Assembly: GCA_963812605.1 (NCBI GenBank) | Contig: CAWEWF010000005.1 | Coordinates: 1-64,000 of the forward strand | Direction: 5' to 3' | DNA: 64,000 nucleotides | DNA from: an uncultured Verrucomicrobiae bacterium | GTDB taxonomy: Bacteria > Verrucomicrobiota > Verrucomicrobiia > Palsa-1439 | Shown: positions 1-11,748 of the stretch, piece after piece | Layout: the number at the start of each line of letters is the position of its first letter | Numbering within the stretch: the first letter of the stretch is position 1 | Notes under the pieces: generated by a model | Database searches by the model: none | The model's input: only the letters and a program-made list of their open reading frames with translations | What the model was told of the DNA's origin: nothing | Made by a program: the position numbers and the translations under genes

Positions 1-766
1 GAAGCACGACAAAGCCGCCATGGTTACCTTTTCGACGGTCCAGTCGAATGTCTTCTATGGAGGACCGCCGTCGCAGCCGCAGCCGACGGTGCCGTTCCAG
101 AGCCAGATCATCTCCGCGGTTAACGCCTTCGTTTGGACGAACGCCACCTTTTCACAAGGCGGTTTGACCAACGCGCTGGTCATCGAGAACAATGCCACGA
201 TACCGACCGGCCAAAGTGTCGTGAAGATTGTCGTCTTCGCCACGGATGGCCTGGCCAATATTGTTCAGGGCACATTCAATTGTCCACCGTCAACGATCAT
301 CAACTTTGGAGGGCAGGACGCGCCCTGTGAGGGAGGGGGCGCGAACAATTGGTGCTGCTTTTATGACCCGAACACCGGTGCGTTTCTTCAGGAGCCTGAT
401 GGCAACTGCTGTGTAGAGGGAACCGCGCCGACTTGCTGTAGCGGAGTATCGGAATTCCAATCCGCGATCGACGGAAAGATGCAGCCCTTTCTCCGCCAGC
501 CAGTCACCGCTGACGCCATCTTTCGAGCCGTTCAGGTGTCCACTCAAATGCGGGCGGCTGGGATAATCGTCTATTCAATCGGCGTAGGAAGCGGCGTTGA
601 CCTTAGCTTTCTTCAGCAGGTAGCCAATGATCCCTTGTTGAAGGGAACGCCTGGTTATGCGCCGACGCAGTTCGACGGTGAGGCCGTGATTGCCAATGAT
701 GTGTCACAACTCGGTGAGGTTTTCCAGCAGGTCGCCTCGAAGATCCTGTTTCGGCTGACCAAATAG
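1..766 (+). CDS. VWA-domain protein (TadG/PilY1-like), 5'-partial
   Basis: VWA C-terminal motifs 'VVFATDGLAN', 'GIIVYSIGVG', 'FLQQVAND', 'QLGEVFQQVA'; the frame appears open from the window edge. Confidence 0.65.
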   Translation, partial: KHDKAAMVTFSTVQSNVFYGGPPSQPQPTVPFQSQIISAVNAFVWTNATFSQGGLTNALVIENNATIPTGQSVVKIVVFATDGLANIVQGTFNCPPSTIINFGGQDAPCEGGGANNWCCFYDPNTGAFLQEPDGNCCVEGTAPTCCSGVSEFQSAIDGKMQPFLRQPVTADAIFRAVQVSTQMRAAGIIVYSIGVGSGVDLSFLQQVANDPLLKGTPGYAPTQFDGEAVIANDVSQLGEVFQQVASKILFRLTK

Positions 767-808
767 GGCCGACCTATTGGAGAGATATTGACAGACCGCC
801 ATCCATGC

Positions 809-874
809 TGTAGGCCGACTCTGTGAGTCGGCGAGTTTCCCAAGGATTTCGCCGCTTCGCAGAAGCGGCCTACA
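809..874. repeat. GTAG-type REP-like doublet between convergent genes
   Basis: TGTAGGCCGACTCTGTGAGTCGGC ... GCCGCTTCGCAGAAGCGGCCTACA: two inverted hairpins. Confidence 0.7.
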
Positions 875-899
875 ACTCGAAAGACTTTTTAGCGACCTG

Positions 900-1388
900 C
901 TAGGCGCGGCGCGAAGGTTCTACAAACACTTCACACGAGTCGTCCGTAACTTCACTGCCTAGATCGATGGGGATTTGGGGCTCCCCGCGCGCCTGTTCCA
1001 GCACCGCGGCGATCTGTTTGACCGTGCCGGCGGAGTAGAAGCGCACGAGGCCGAGCGTCGTCTTCGGGCCGAAGACCGTCATCAGCATCGCGTCGTCATT
1101 GATGGCGGACATGAGAATGTGCGATTGCCGGCCTTGCTGGTGCAGCGCGGAGAATTCGGTTTCCCCCACGCGCAAAGCCACCTCCCGTATTGCCGCAAAA
1201 CTGCCCGCGGCCAACGCGGAAAGTATCGTGGGGTCGATGGTGTCGGGAATCTCGCCGTGCTGGCTGAGGATGGAGCCGCCGCGTTCGATAACCAGCGCGA
1301 ACGACGCTTCGGATTTCTCGAGAAAGTCCTCCAGCACTTTCAACAGGTTCTCCGCCGCTCGAATCGTCAGGATGGGCATTGCGTGCAT
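900..1388 (-). CDS. mglB: Roadblock/LC7 protein, MglB-like
   Basis: 'LSALAAGSFAA...GETEFSALHQQG...LGLVRFY' matches MglB; lies next to mglA. Confidence 0.85.
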   Translation of the reverse strand: MHAMPILTIRAAENLLKVLEDFLEKSEASFALVIERGGSILSQHGEIPDTIDPTILSALAAGSFAAIREVALRVGETEFSALHQQGRQSHILMSAINDDAMLMTVFGPKTTLGLVRFYSAGTVKQIAAVLEQARGEPQIPIDLGSEVTDDSCEVFVEPSRRA

Positions 1389-1425
1389 GTCAGTCGCTTG
1401 CGTTCACCTGGTTATTTGTTGCGGA

Positions 1426-2109
1426 TCAGCGGCGGGCCGCCGCAGCGGCGATCCCTGAAAGGGCCGTCGTAGCCGGCGTCGTCGCGCCGCGCTGTTGTTG
1501 TTTGGCTGCGGCAGTCTCGTTTTCGCGCGCGAACTTCTGCAGCAGGAGCCGCGAAATGGCGTTGAGCGTGGCAAACACACCCTGACCGGAAGTCGCGATG
1601 CCCACGAAGCTCGGCACGCGGACCTTGCGGTTGTTGAGGACGAAATCGAGGTAATGCACCGGCGCGGGATTCCCGAGGTCGCGCTTGTTGTATTGGACCA
1701 CGTAGGGAATTTGATCGAGGCTGGTTCCCTGGCGCACCAGGTTCTCCTCGAGGTTTTTGAAGCTTTCGATGTTCTCTTCCATCTTGTCCCACTGTGAATC
1801 CGCGACGAACACGACACCATCGACGCTCCGCAGGACAAGCTGGCGCGTGGCATTGTAGATGACCTGGCCCGGCACCGTGTAGAGCTGAAACTTGGTCTTG
1901 AACCCTTTGACGACAACGGCATTGAGCGGCAGGAAATCGAAGAACAACGTGCGGTCCGCGGCGGTCGCCAGCGAAACGAGTTCGCCCTTGTGCGCTTCGG
2001 CCACCTGGCTGTGGATGTAGGTCAGGTTGGTCGTCTTGCCGCACAACGCGGGCCCGTAGTAGACGATCTTGAATTGGATTTCTTTGTTGACGTAGTTGAT
2101 GATCGACAT
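1426..2109 (-). CDS. mglA: MglA small GTPase
   Basis: 'KIVYYGPALCGKTTNL', 'DRTLFFDFLPL', 'LYTVPGQV', 'NKRDL'. Confidence 0.95.
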   Translation of the reverse strand: MSIINYVNKEIQFKIVYYGPALCGKTTNLTYIHSQVAEAHKGELVSLATAADRTLFFDFLPLNAVVVKGFKTKFQLYTVPGQVIYNATRQLVLRSVDGVVFVADSQWDKMEENIESFKNLEENLVRQGTSLDQIPYVVQYNKRDLGNPAPVHYLDFVLNNRKVRVPSFVGIATSGQGVFATLNAISRLLLQKFARENETAAAKQQQRGATTPATTALSGIAAAAARR

Positions 2110-2124
2110 GACTGGGGGGGCTCC

Positions 2125-4392
2125 TTACACAGCGGCCCGCTGACGGCACAGCGGAACAAGTTCCTGGCTGATGCGCTCGCAGCGGCGCAACAACGCTTTG
2201 CTGAAGTGACGGTTATCGTGGACGACTACGAGAAAAATTTCGTCGGCGCGGAAAATACTGAGCGGTTGCTGGTCGGTGAAGACCGACAGGCGGGTGACCT
2301 CGCCCGCCCGCAATTCCTTCGTGTAGGTGCCGACTTTATTGAACAATTCCGGGGCAAACACGCTGATGGTTTCCTGGTCCAGGTGAGGCGGCAATTGGCC
2401 GGTCACAAACACGCCGTCCGCCTGGGCGAGGATGCAACCCGCGACGCCCTGGAGCTGGCTCGTGAGCCGCACCACTTCCTGCAGCGTGAGTTCGTCGTTG
2501 TGCTCGACTCCCAACAGGCGATTAAGGCCGCGCCGCGCCGGGCCGGCCAGCGCGCGAAACGCCTTGCGGCCAAGGCCGGGAATCTCATGCAAATCTTCCA
2601 ACGATCGGAACCCGCCGCGGGCGTTGCGAAATTCGATGATTCGTTGCGCAGCGACCGGACCAACCCCTTCGATCCTGGCCAATTCTTCCACGGTGCAGGA
2701 ATTGAGACGTGCCAGGAGTGAATTCGGAGTCAGGGTCGGGCTCGACACAGGCGCGGTTTGCACCTCACGTACGACTTCATTGGCGGGTATTTCCGTAACG
2801 GGTGCTGGTGTCTTCGCCACTGGTGCCGGCGCTTCAGCAATGGGAGACGGACTGGCCACCGGCGAAGCTCTCTGCTGGACCGGAGCAACGGTCACCGGTT
2901 CTGTTATTGCGGCAATTTGTTCGGCGGGCTCGGGCGTTTCGACAAACGACGACGATTGTTCTGTTGCGACCGGCGCCACTTCGACAATTGGCTCGGAGCG
3001 CTGTTGTTCCAGGGGCGCGGTTACTTCGGCGGCCTCTACTCGTGACTCGCTAATGGACACGGGTTGAATGGTCGCGGGCTCTGCCGTAGCAGATTTCTCA
3101 GCAAAGATGGACAAGCCCTCGTCCTCGAGCGTGCTGGATGAAATTTCGATGGGTTCGGACGTGGCCTTGGCCGCAATTGGCGAGGGCACAAACTCGGGTT
3201 GCGCCAGCTCCGGTGCCGGGACTTCCACGGGAGCGGACTCGATGGATTTTTCAGTGAAGGGAGTGGGGATCTCGCTATCGCTGAAGTCGATTTCCTGCAA
3301 TTCCGAGGAATTCGACTGACTCACGAAAAGATTGGGCGGCAATTGCGGGACGATCTCCTGCAATGCGATCGGGATGGTTTCATCCGAGATTTGGGGCAGG
3401 GGCGAAGCCAGGATGCCGCGCGGCATCAAGCTCACGGCAACGCCCAACGGCAGGCGGACGCGCGCGATCTTCAATTGCGGTAACACCAGGTCGGACGGCA
3501 GTGCGATCCGCGAATCCAGGTCGATGCGCCGCCACAGGTCGGTCCGCGGGCAAATAAAAATGTGATCCGGCATGACCGCGACCAGACTTCGCAGGCTGAC
3601 AGTAATTTGATCGTCGCCGGGTGGCGGCGGCGGCGCGACCTGCTCGGGCAAAGGTTCGTCCGCCGTTGGAATGGGCTTTGCCATGACCGGGGCAAGGGGA
3701 CGCGGGGCCGGCGCTTCTTCGCGGATTGGCTCGGGGGCTTTATTCTCAAATGACCTTGCCGGGACAGTTGGTTCCGGCGCCTTTGGTTCGAGAACAATCG
3801 CAACGGTCTCTTCCATCCCGACCGTGCGCCGAGGAGCGATGTCCTTATCGGAATCGTCAAAGAGCTTCGGGAATTGCGTAAACTCTGGCGCGTCGATATC
3901 GAGTGCGGTCTGGTTCTGGTGCTGCAGCAAGTCAGCGGGCAGCGCACTGACCACTTCCGCGAGCGGGAGCACGACCGCATATTGGCTGTTCCCGTTGGAT
4001 AACGGGCGACGCACGGCATTGTCAGGCAACAAGGGCAGCAGGTCAGCCAGTGTAATGGTGACGCGGCCCATGGCCAGTTGCGGAATTACCCAATCCACGG
4101 GAACGTTGATCGTGATGCGTGATTCTGATGCCGTTGGGGAAAGAAAACCCGCTGGCAACTGTTGGGAAATCGCGCTGAGGGAGATCGGGATTGTCTGCCC
4201 GTTTGACGACGGCGGTCGCGACTCACGGCCCAGGCGATTGTCCGCCGTTGATCCGGAAGATTGATCGGTGCCGGCGGGAGTCATTAACTGCGTCTCGGCC
4301 AAATGCAGATTCGGACGTGACGTGGGAACTGGCGGAGCGACGACAGCCTTGGCTGGCTCGACCCTGGAACTGCGAAAAAACGGCAATTTCAT
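2125..4392 (-). CDS. Multidomain protein: 2x unknown repeat domain, Pro/Glu-rich linker, ComEA-type helix-hairpin-helix, C-terminal roadblock/LC7
   Basis: HhH 'LNSCTVEELARIEGVGPVAAQRIIEFRNARGGFRSLEDLHEIPGLG'; roadblock 'LQGVAGCILAQADGVFVTG'; no signal peptide; start taken at MKLPFF. Confidence 0.75.
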   Translation of the reverse strand: MKLPFFRSSRVEPAKAVVAPPVPTSRPNLHLAETQLMTPAGTDQSSGSTADNRLGRESRPPSSNGQTIPISLSAISQQLPAGFLSPTASESRITINVPVDWVIPQLAMGRVTITLADLLPLLPDNAVRRPLSNGNSQYAVVLPLAEVVSALPADLLQHQNQTALDIDAPEFTQFPKLFDDSDKDIAPRRTVGMEETVAIVLEPKAPEPTVPARSFENKAPEPIREEAPAPRPLAPVMAKPIPTADEPLPEQVAPPPPPGDDQITVSLRSLVAVMPDHIFICPRTDLWRRIDLDSRIALPSDLVLPQLKIARVRLPLGVAVSLMPRGILASPLPQISDETIPIALQEIVPQLPPNLFVSQSNSSELQEIDFSDSEIPTPFTEKSIESAPVEVPAPELAQPEFVPSPIAAKATSEPIEISSSTLEDEGLSIFAEKSATAEPATIQPVSISESRVEAAEVTAPLEQQRSEPIVEVAPVATEQSSSFVETPEPAEQIAAITEPVTVAPVQQRASPVASPSPIAEAPAPVAKTPAPVTEIPANEVVREVQTAPVSSPTLTPNSLLARLNSCTVEELARIEGVGPVAAQRIIEFRNARGGFRSLEDLHEIPGLGRKAFRALAGPARRGLNRLLGVEHNDELTLQEVVRLTSQLQGVAGCILAQADGVFVTGQLPPHLDQETISVFAPELFNKVGTYTKELRAGEVTRLSVFTDQQPLSIFRADEIFLVVVHDNRHFSKALLRRCERISQELVPLCRQRAAV

Positions 4393-4561
4393 GTTTCGTC
4401 TTCCCTCGGTGTTACCCAAATGATTTGCGAGGAGTTTATTGAGCAGCCGGTATGCCACGAACAAGTTCGTACGGTAGAATAAGACAAACCTGTTATCACG
4501 AGGGTTACAGTCTCAGGTTTGCGACCTGAAAGGAGACAATTCGAGTCGCCCATGGATGATT

Positions 4562-6270
<1,709 letters not shown>

Positions 6271-6274
<4 letters not shown>

Positions 6275-7191
6275 GGTTTACCGGAAATGCGGGCGCCTTG
6301 TGGATGTTTCGTATCGAGTCCATGCGCGCGTCGCAGCGCGGTTTGGATCTCTTCAGGCGAAGTCACATACCAGAAGACGTTGTATGCCAACATGATCTGG
6401 GCCTGGTTGCGCAACGTAAGGTCGAAGGGATTCGCTGTGGCGATCAATACGGAACGACTGATCAAGTCGAACGGAACAATGCAGTTTTCGAAGCAGAGTT
6501 CTCGTGGCAACAGGCAGACCGCGTCCCGGTCCACGTCGTAAGTCGAAAGTGGTAGATACGGCAGACCGCTGCGATCAACGAGCAGGGAGAGAAACTCCTC
6601 CAACTTGATGAGCTGTTCATCGATCAGCAATTGCGGAAGAGTGAGCGCCTGCGCGTTTTCACTGCTGCCCGCCGGACTGGACGCAAGGCGCTTGAGCAGT
6701 GGTTCGACAGCCTGCGCGGTGATCAGTTTTTCGGCCAGGAGCACATCGACCAATGCTTTGTTGCCGTCTTCGGGCGCTGGTTTCGCAGAAGAAAAGGGGG
6801 GCGCCGCAGCCCCGACGGCCAGCGTCGGGGCAGGTGGTGTCGGCTTGGAGTCCTCACGCAACGACGGCGCCCCAGAGGATTGAGCAGTAGAAAGCTGAGA
6901 AGTTTTGGCTTCGATTTCCGAGAGAGCGGCCAGCACCTCGGGATCATCGGGGTATTCTTGAAGAATTCCTTCATACTCGAGGATCGCTTGCGAAATTTGA
7001 CCGAGAGAGATATGGGCCCTGGCCAGTTTTTTCGAGGCGCGCAGGCTCTCCGGGCGTCGGCCCAGTTTGCTGTAGGCTTCCTTGAGGATTTCCCAGGACT
7101 GGTAGTCTTCGGGCTGGGATTCCGTAATCGCCTCGAACATCTCGACAGTTCGAAGCAGTTGCTGGGTTTCGTCTTCTGAAATGCTGGCCAT
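6271..7191 (-). CDS. TPR-like + GspE N-terminal (T2SSE_N/MshEN-like) domain protein without ATPase
   Basis: N-terminal TPR-like helices; C-terminal 'LLPRELCFENCIVPF...IATANPFD'; ATGA overlap with pilB. Confidence 0.7.
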
Positions 7192-7265
7192 GTTCGAGTA
7201 CTCCAAGCTCGGCCCTTGATAAAGCAACCCACATGCCAGCACTACAGAGGGATAGAGCGAAAAAT

Positions 7266-7340
7266 TGGCTGCCCGGCCTGGACTCGAACCAGGAAATACG
7301 GCTCCAAAGGCCGCTGTGTTACCAATTACACTACCGGGCA
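7266..7340 (-). tRNA. tRNA-Gln (TTG)
   Basis: Reverse complement TGCCCGGTAGTGTAATTGGTAACACAGCGGCCTTTGGAGCCGTATTTCCTGGTTCGAGTCCAGGCCGGGCAGCCA; cloverleaf, TTG anticodon, CCA end. Confidence 0.97.
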
Positions 7341-7370
7341 GTCTATCCAGCATTCATCGGGATCACACCG

Positions 7371-8288
7371 TCACCCAGAACGCACGGATGCGAATCGCGT
7401 GACCTGCGTCCACGTACTTGGCCCAAATTGTTCACGAACCTTTCGCGCGGATCTTTTCGCCAATTTCACATCTGGAAACAGGCCAAACACGGTTGTGCCA
7501 CTCCCGCTCATCAAGGCGCCCACCGCGCCGTCGTCGCGCATGGCATCCTTGATCAATTCCAGGACGGGAAACTTACGAATTGACGGCGCTTCCAACGAGT
7601 TGAAGAGGCACCGCGAAACCCCCGCCAGATCGTCCTCGGCCAGCGCGCGCAGCAGGAGACTAACTTCTGGCGGAGGCGCTGTCAACCGTGACTCCGCCGC
7701 GGCCCTGGCCCAGCTTTCATAAGCCCATTTCGTCGAAATCCCAAAGCCGGGGTTTACCAGCAGGATTACCCCTGAAAACTTGCACGGAATAGGCTCGATC
7801 TTCTCACCACGCCCGTGACAGAGCGCCGCGCCCCCTGCCAGGAAGAAATTGATGTCGGAACCCAGGCTCGCGGCGAGGGTGTGCAGTTGCCAGTTCGACG
7901 CCTTGAGTTTCCAAAGCCGGTTCAATCCCAGCAAGGTGGTCGCTGCGTTGCTGCTGCCGCCGCCAAGACCTGCCGCTAGCGGTGTGCGTTTCATCAGGCC
8001 GATTCTTACGCCCTTCTTCGTGCCCAATGCTTCCACAAGCGTTCGGGCCGCGCGCACCGCCAGATTCGAGCCGTCCGTTGGCAATTGGGGATTGTCGCTG
8101 GCCAGCGTGACATTAGTTTTGCGGGACTGCAGTGTGATCCGATCCCCGAAATCGAGTGGAAGCATGACCGTTTCCAGTTCATGATAGCCATCCGGCCGCT
8201 TGTCTACGATGCGCAGGTAGAGATTGATTTTTGCGGGCGAAAAGAGGGTCAAAGAGTCCGTGCCTCGCTGTTGTTGCGCTTGTGTCAT
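7371..8288 (-). CDS. ispE: 4-diphosphocytidyl-2-C-methyl-D-erythritol kinase
   Basis: 'SPAKINLYL', 'DGYHELET', 'PLAAGLGGGSSNAA', 'MSGSGTTVF'. Confidence 0.95.
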   Translation of the reverse strand: MTQAQQQRGTDSLTLFSPAKINLYLRIVDKRPDGYHELETVMLPLDFGDRITLQSRKTNVTLASDNPQLPTDGSNLAVRAARTLVEALGTKKGVRIGLMKRTPLAAGLGGGSSNAATTLLGLNRLWKLKASNWQLHTLAASLGSDINFFLAGGAALCHGRGEKIEPIPCKFSGVILLVNPGFGISTKWAYESWARAAAESRLTAPPPEVSLLLRALAEDDLAGVSRCLFNSLEAPSIRKFPVLELIKDAMRDDGAVGALMSGSGTTVFGLFPDVKLAKRSARKVREQFGPSTWTQVTRFASVRSG

Positions 8289-8317
8289 CACCGAGTTTTC
8301 CCTACCATGCGCTTCAG

Positions 8318-8986
8318 ATGAAATCAAAGCTTATCGTGGCGCTGGACGTGGAGAGCTATCAGGACGCCGCGGCCCTGGTGCAGGTGTTGCGCGATGTGGT
8401 GGATATTTTCAAGGTCGGGAGCCAGTTGTTCACTCGTGTCGGTCCCGGCATCATCGAGTTCCTTCACGAACACGGCAAGGAATGTTTTTTGGACTTGAAG
8501 TTCCACGACATTCCGCACACGGTTGCCAGGGCGGTCGAAGCCGCCGCTGCGCTGCGGGTCCGTCTCTTGACCCTGCACACGTGCGGTGGCGTGGAAATGC
8601 TGGAGGCAGCTGCGGCAATTCCCGATCGTCCCCAATTACTGGGTGTGACCGTGCTTACCAGCCAGGGAGGCGACGTGCAAGCGGAGGTGCTGCGTTGCGC
8701 GAAGCTTGCGAAGGCCAGCGGACTGGATGGGGTCATCGCCTCGCCGCAGGAAATTCGCGAGCTACGCGAGGTGATTGGAAAAGACTTTCTGATCGTGACG
8801 CCCGGCATTCGTCCTTCGTGGTCTGAAGCCGGCGACCAGAAACGGGTGATGACACCGGGCGAGGCGGTCGCTGCTGGCGCAAGCTACATCGTCGTCGGGC
8901 GGCCCATCATTGCGGACGACGACCCGGCGCAGGCTGCAGCGCGCATCCTCGAGGAGATGGCGTCGGCCGTCGTCACGTCAGCTTAA
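8318..8986 (+). CDS. pyrF: Orotidine-5'-phosphate decarboxylase
   Basis: 'LIVALD', 'FLDLKFHDIPHT', 'VTPGIRP', 'IVVGRPI'. Confidence 0.95.
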   Translation: MKSKLIVALDVESYQDAAALVQVLRDVVDIFKVGSQLFTRVGPGIIEFLHEHGKECFLDLKFHDIPHTVARAVEAAAALRVRLLTLHTCGGVEMLEAAAAIPDRPQLLGVTVLTSQGGDVQAEVLRCAKLAKASGLDGVIASPQEIRELREVIGKDFLIVTPGIRPSWSEAGDQKRVMTPGEAVAAGASYIVVGRPIIADDDPAQAAARILEEMASAVVTSA

Positions 8987-9226
8987 GCGACGGCGTGCCT
9001 GCAAGACACCTTCCTTGATATCGTCGAGTTCCTTCGTGATCGCGTCCTGGTTCTTCAGGATCACGTCCTGGTTCTTCAGGATTTTGTCATTCTGCTCGAG
9101 GAGCTTGTCGATTCGGGCGTCAGGTGCTGGCGACTTGGCATCGTTGTTCTGCGCCTGGGCGATGAAAAGACTTCCCCCGACCAGACCGGCGGCGAGGGTA
9201 AAGATGGCGATGTATTTGGCTTTCAT
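8978..9226 (-). CDS. Small secreted coiled-coil protein
   Basis: Signal peptide MKAKYIAIFTLAAG...AQA; tandem heptads ILKNQD(V/A) encoded by a 21-nt repeat. Confidence 0.65.
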   Translation of the reverse strand: MKAKYIAIFTLAAGLVGGSLFIAQAQNNDAKSPAPDARIDKLLEQNDKILKNQDVILKNQDAITKELDDIKEGVLQARRRLS

Positions 9227-9254
9227 TCCTGCGTTCCTCCGCTTGTTGTGTCGA

Positions 9255-9488
9255 TTACTGCAACAATTCCAGCAACTTGCGTTCCCGCACAACGTGACGG
9301 GCAATTTCGGTGCCGTCAAGCAGGATGACGGGGATGTCATCGCGATAGCGTTGGAGAAGTTCTGGATTTTGTGAAATATCCACGATCTCGACGGCAAACT
9401 CGACATTGGCGCGGCACCGTTCGATGACCTCCTTCGCCCGCTCGCACAGATGGCAATCCGGCTTGGAGTAGATTGTAATGGTGATCAT
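9255..9488 (-). CDS. Glutaredoxin-like protein (DUF836 family)
   Basis: 'YSKPDCHLCE', 'YRDDIPVI'. Confidence 0.85.
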   Translation of the reverse strand: MITITIYSKPDCHLCERAKEVIERCRANVEFAVEIVDISQNPELLQRYRDDIPVILLDGTEIARHVVRERKLLELLQ

Positions 9489-9631
9489 GAAGCTCTCATC
9501 AGCCATTACCCTTTTGTAAGGTTCCGGCCTCACAGTCAAGTGCGGTCTTCCTAAAATTGCGCAAACAGTAGGCCCGGAAGAAAATAGTGGGCGGGCGAAG
9601 AGCTGGAAAGGCGTAGTTCAGAGCTACAGTA

Positions 9632-9826
9632 TCAGGCGCCAGCAGGGATGGGCACGGAGAGGTTGCGGCAAATGGAACGGGCGAGGTGTTTCTTGATGTC
9701 GTTGTGCCGGGGAATGGCTTCTTTGCGGCCTGTCTGCGGGTTGCTCCAGAGAGTGTGGTTGCTGCCTTCGCGGACGAATACACAGCCATGTTCTTGCAAA
9801 TGGCTGAGCAAGTCTCGGCGTTTCAT
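9632..9826 (-). CDS. hicA: HicA family toxin
   Basis: 'MKRRDLLSHLQEHGCVFVREGSNH...AIPRHNDIK'; ATGA overlap with hicB. Confidence 0.9.
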   Translation of the reverse strand: MKRRDLLSHLQEHGCVFVREGSNHTLWSNPQTGRKEAIPRHNDIKKHLARSICRNLSVPIPAGA

Positions 9827-10041
9827 GCCAGCAGCAACTCGGCGGTCTCCGCTTGCGGGTCGAGACGAAAAACCTCTTCCCGTTCGGTTTCCAGCAGAAG
9901 TTGCACGGCTTGCGAGAGACTGCGGAGACATTCGTCCTTGGTTTCACCTTGACCATTGGCGCCAGGCACCTCCAAGCAGGTGGCCCAAAACCCGCCTTCG
10001 CCGGGTTCACCGCGATGAATGATGGCAGTGAATTGTTTCAT
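9823..10041 (-). CDS. hicB: HicB family antitoxin (short form)
   Basis: 'GGFWATCLEVPGANGQGETKDE'. Confidence 0.9.
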   Translation of the reverse strand: MKQFTAIIHRGEPGEGGFWATCLEVPGANGQGETKDECLRSLSQAVQLLLETEREEVFRLDPQAETAELLLA

Positions 10042-10132
10042 ATAAGCATTATACCCCAGTGTGTCGGGAAAGAAAATTAAATTTCCGTTTGATCAAGGTG
10101 ATGAAAAGGCCGTCTGCTTGGAAGTAAACAAG

Positions 10133-11599
10133 CTAGTACCGATAGTGTTCGGGCTTGTAGGGGCCTTCGATGGGGACGCCGAGATATTCAGCCTGTTTTG
10201 CGGAGAGTTTGGTGAGCTTCACGCCGATTTTTTCGAGATGCAGGCGGGCCACTTCTTCATCGAGCTTCTTGGGCAGGCGGTAGACGCCGATTTTGTTCGT
10301 GTCTTTCTTCTGCCACAAATCCAGTTGCGCCAGGCATTGATTGGTGAAGCTGTTGGACATGACAAAGCTCGGATGGCCGGTGGCGCAACCGAGGTTCACG
10401 AGACGGCCTTCGGCGAGCAGGTAGATGCAACGGCCGTTGGCAAAGGTGTATTTGTCCACCTGCGGCTTGATGTTGAGCCTCGTGATGCCTTTGGCGTTGT
10501 TGAGGCGGTCCACTTGGATTTCATTGTCGAAATGGCCGATGTTGCAAACGATGGTCTGGTCCTTCATCTTGGCCATGTGTTCGAGCGTGATGATGTCGCG
10601 GTTGCCGGTCGTCGTGACATAGATGTCGGCCACGCCGAGCGTGTCTTCGACGATCGTGACCTCGAACCCTTCCATGGCGGCTTGCAGGGCGTTGATGGGG
10701 TCAATTTCCGTGACAATCACACGCGCTCCGAAACCGCGCAGCGAGTGCGAACTGCCTTTGCCCACGTCGCCGTAACCACAGACCACCGCCACCTTGCCGG
10801 CCACCATCACGTCCATCGCGCGCTTGATGCCGTCAGCGAGTGATTCACGGCAGCCGTAAAGATTGTCGAATTTCGACTTGGTAACCGAATCATTGACGTT
10901 GATGGCGGGCACGAGCAGCTTGCCGGCTTCGAGCATTTGATAGAGGCGGTGCACGCCGGTGGTGGTCTCCTCGGAAACACCTTTCCAATCCTTCACCACC
11001 CGGTGCCAGAAGCCGGGACGCTGTTTCAGTACGCGCTTGAGAAGGTCTTTGATGACCTGCTCTTCGTGGCTCGCGCTCTTGGTATTCACCCAATCGCTGC
11101 CGTCTTCGAGTTCGTAGCCCTTATGAACAAGCAGGGTGGCATCGCCACCGTCGTCCACGATGAGTTGAGGACCTTTGTTGTCCGGATGAGTAAGAGCGTC
11201 CAGCGTGCAGTCCCAATATTCCTCAAGTGTTTCGCCCTTCCACGCGAAAACGGGAATACCCGTTTGCGCGATCGCGGCGGCAGCGTGGTCCTGTGTCGAA
11301 AAAATATTGCAACTCGCCCAGCGCACGGACGCGCCAAGTTCGCCGAGCGTCTCGATGAGAATCGCCGTCTCGATGGTCATGTGCAGCGAGCCGGTAATGC
11401 GCACCCCTTGCAGCGGCTTCAATGGGCCGTACTTCTTGCGGATGGCCATGAGACCGGGCATTTCATGCTCGGAGACCTGAATGGTCTTGCGGCCCCAGTC
11501 GGCGAGCGAGAGGTCGCGCACTTTGAAGTCGCCTTTCGCGCCATTGTCGATGGGTTTGGTAAGTTTCGCCCGTGCAGGAGGAAGTTTAATTGTAGCCAT
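10133..11599 (-). CDS. ahcY: Adenosylhomocysteinase
   Basis: 'SCNIFSTQD', '[10 protein letters not shown]', '[10 protein letters not shown]', '[11 protein letters not shown]'. Confidence 0.98.
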   Translation of the reverse strand: MATIKLPPARAKLTKPIDNGAKGDFKVRDLSLADWGRKTIQVSEHEMPGLMAIRKKYGPLKPLQGVRITGSLHMTIETAILIETLGELGASVRWASCNIFSTQDHAAAAIAQTGIPVFAWKGETLEEYWDCTLDALTHPDNKGPQLIVDDGGDATLLVHKGYELEDGSDWVNTKSASHEEQVIKDLLKRVLKQRPGFWHRVVKDWKGVSEETTTGVHRLYQMLEAGKLLVPAINVNDSVTKSKFDNLYGCRESLADGIKRAMDVMVAGKVAVVCGYGDVGKGSSHSLRGFGARVIVTEIDPINALQAAMEGFEVTIVEDTLGVADIYVTTTGNRDIITLEHMAKMKDQTIVCNIGHFDNEIQVDRLNNAKGITRLNIKPQVDKYTFANGRCIYLLAEGRLVNLGCATGHPSFVMSNSFTNQCLAQLDLWQKKDTNKIGVYRLPKKLDEEVARLHLEKIGVKLTKLSAKQAEYLGVPIEGPYKPEHYRY

Positions 11600-11691
11600 A
11601 ACCGTCGAGTATTGTTGTGTTCTTAATTATCACCGAATGCGACGATTCGCAAACGGCTTGCTTGGTTTCCGCTGTGTTGTGAAGCGCGTGA

Positions 11692-11720
11692 AGATACTCG
11701 GCAAGAGCCCGCAAATCAAT
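11692..11720 (-). promoter_or_regulatory. Probable sigma70 promoter of ahcY
   Basis: TTGATT-N17-TATCTT on the minus strand. Confidence 0.45.
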
Positions 11721-11748
11721 GATATTCCCGCTCCACACGGCCTCTGGT

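Noticed and set aside
7266-7340. tRNA-Gln as the attachment site of an integrated element
   Set aside because: No duplicated tRNA 3' end or integrase was seen in the window.
11600-11748. SAH or SAM riboswitch before ahcY
   Set aside because: Only a small hairpin is present; I could not match SAH, SAM-I/II/V or SAM-SAH consensus features by eye.
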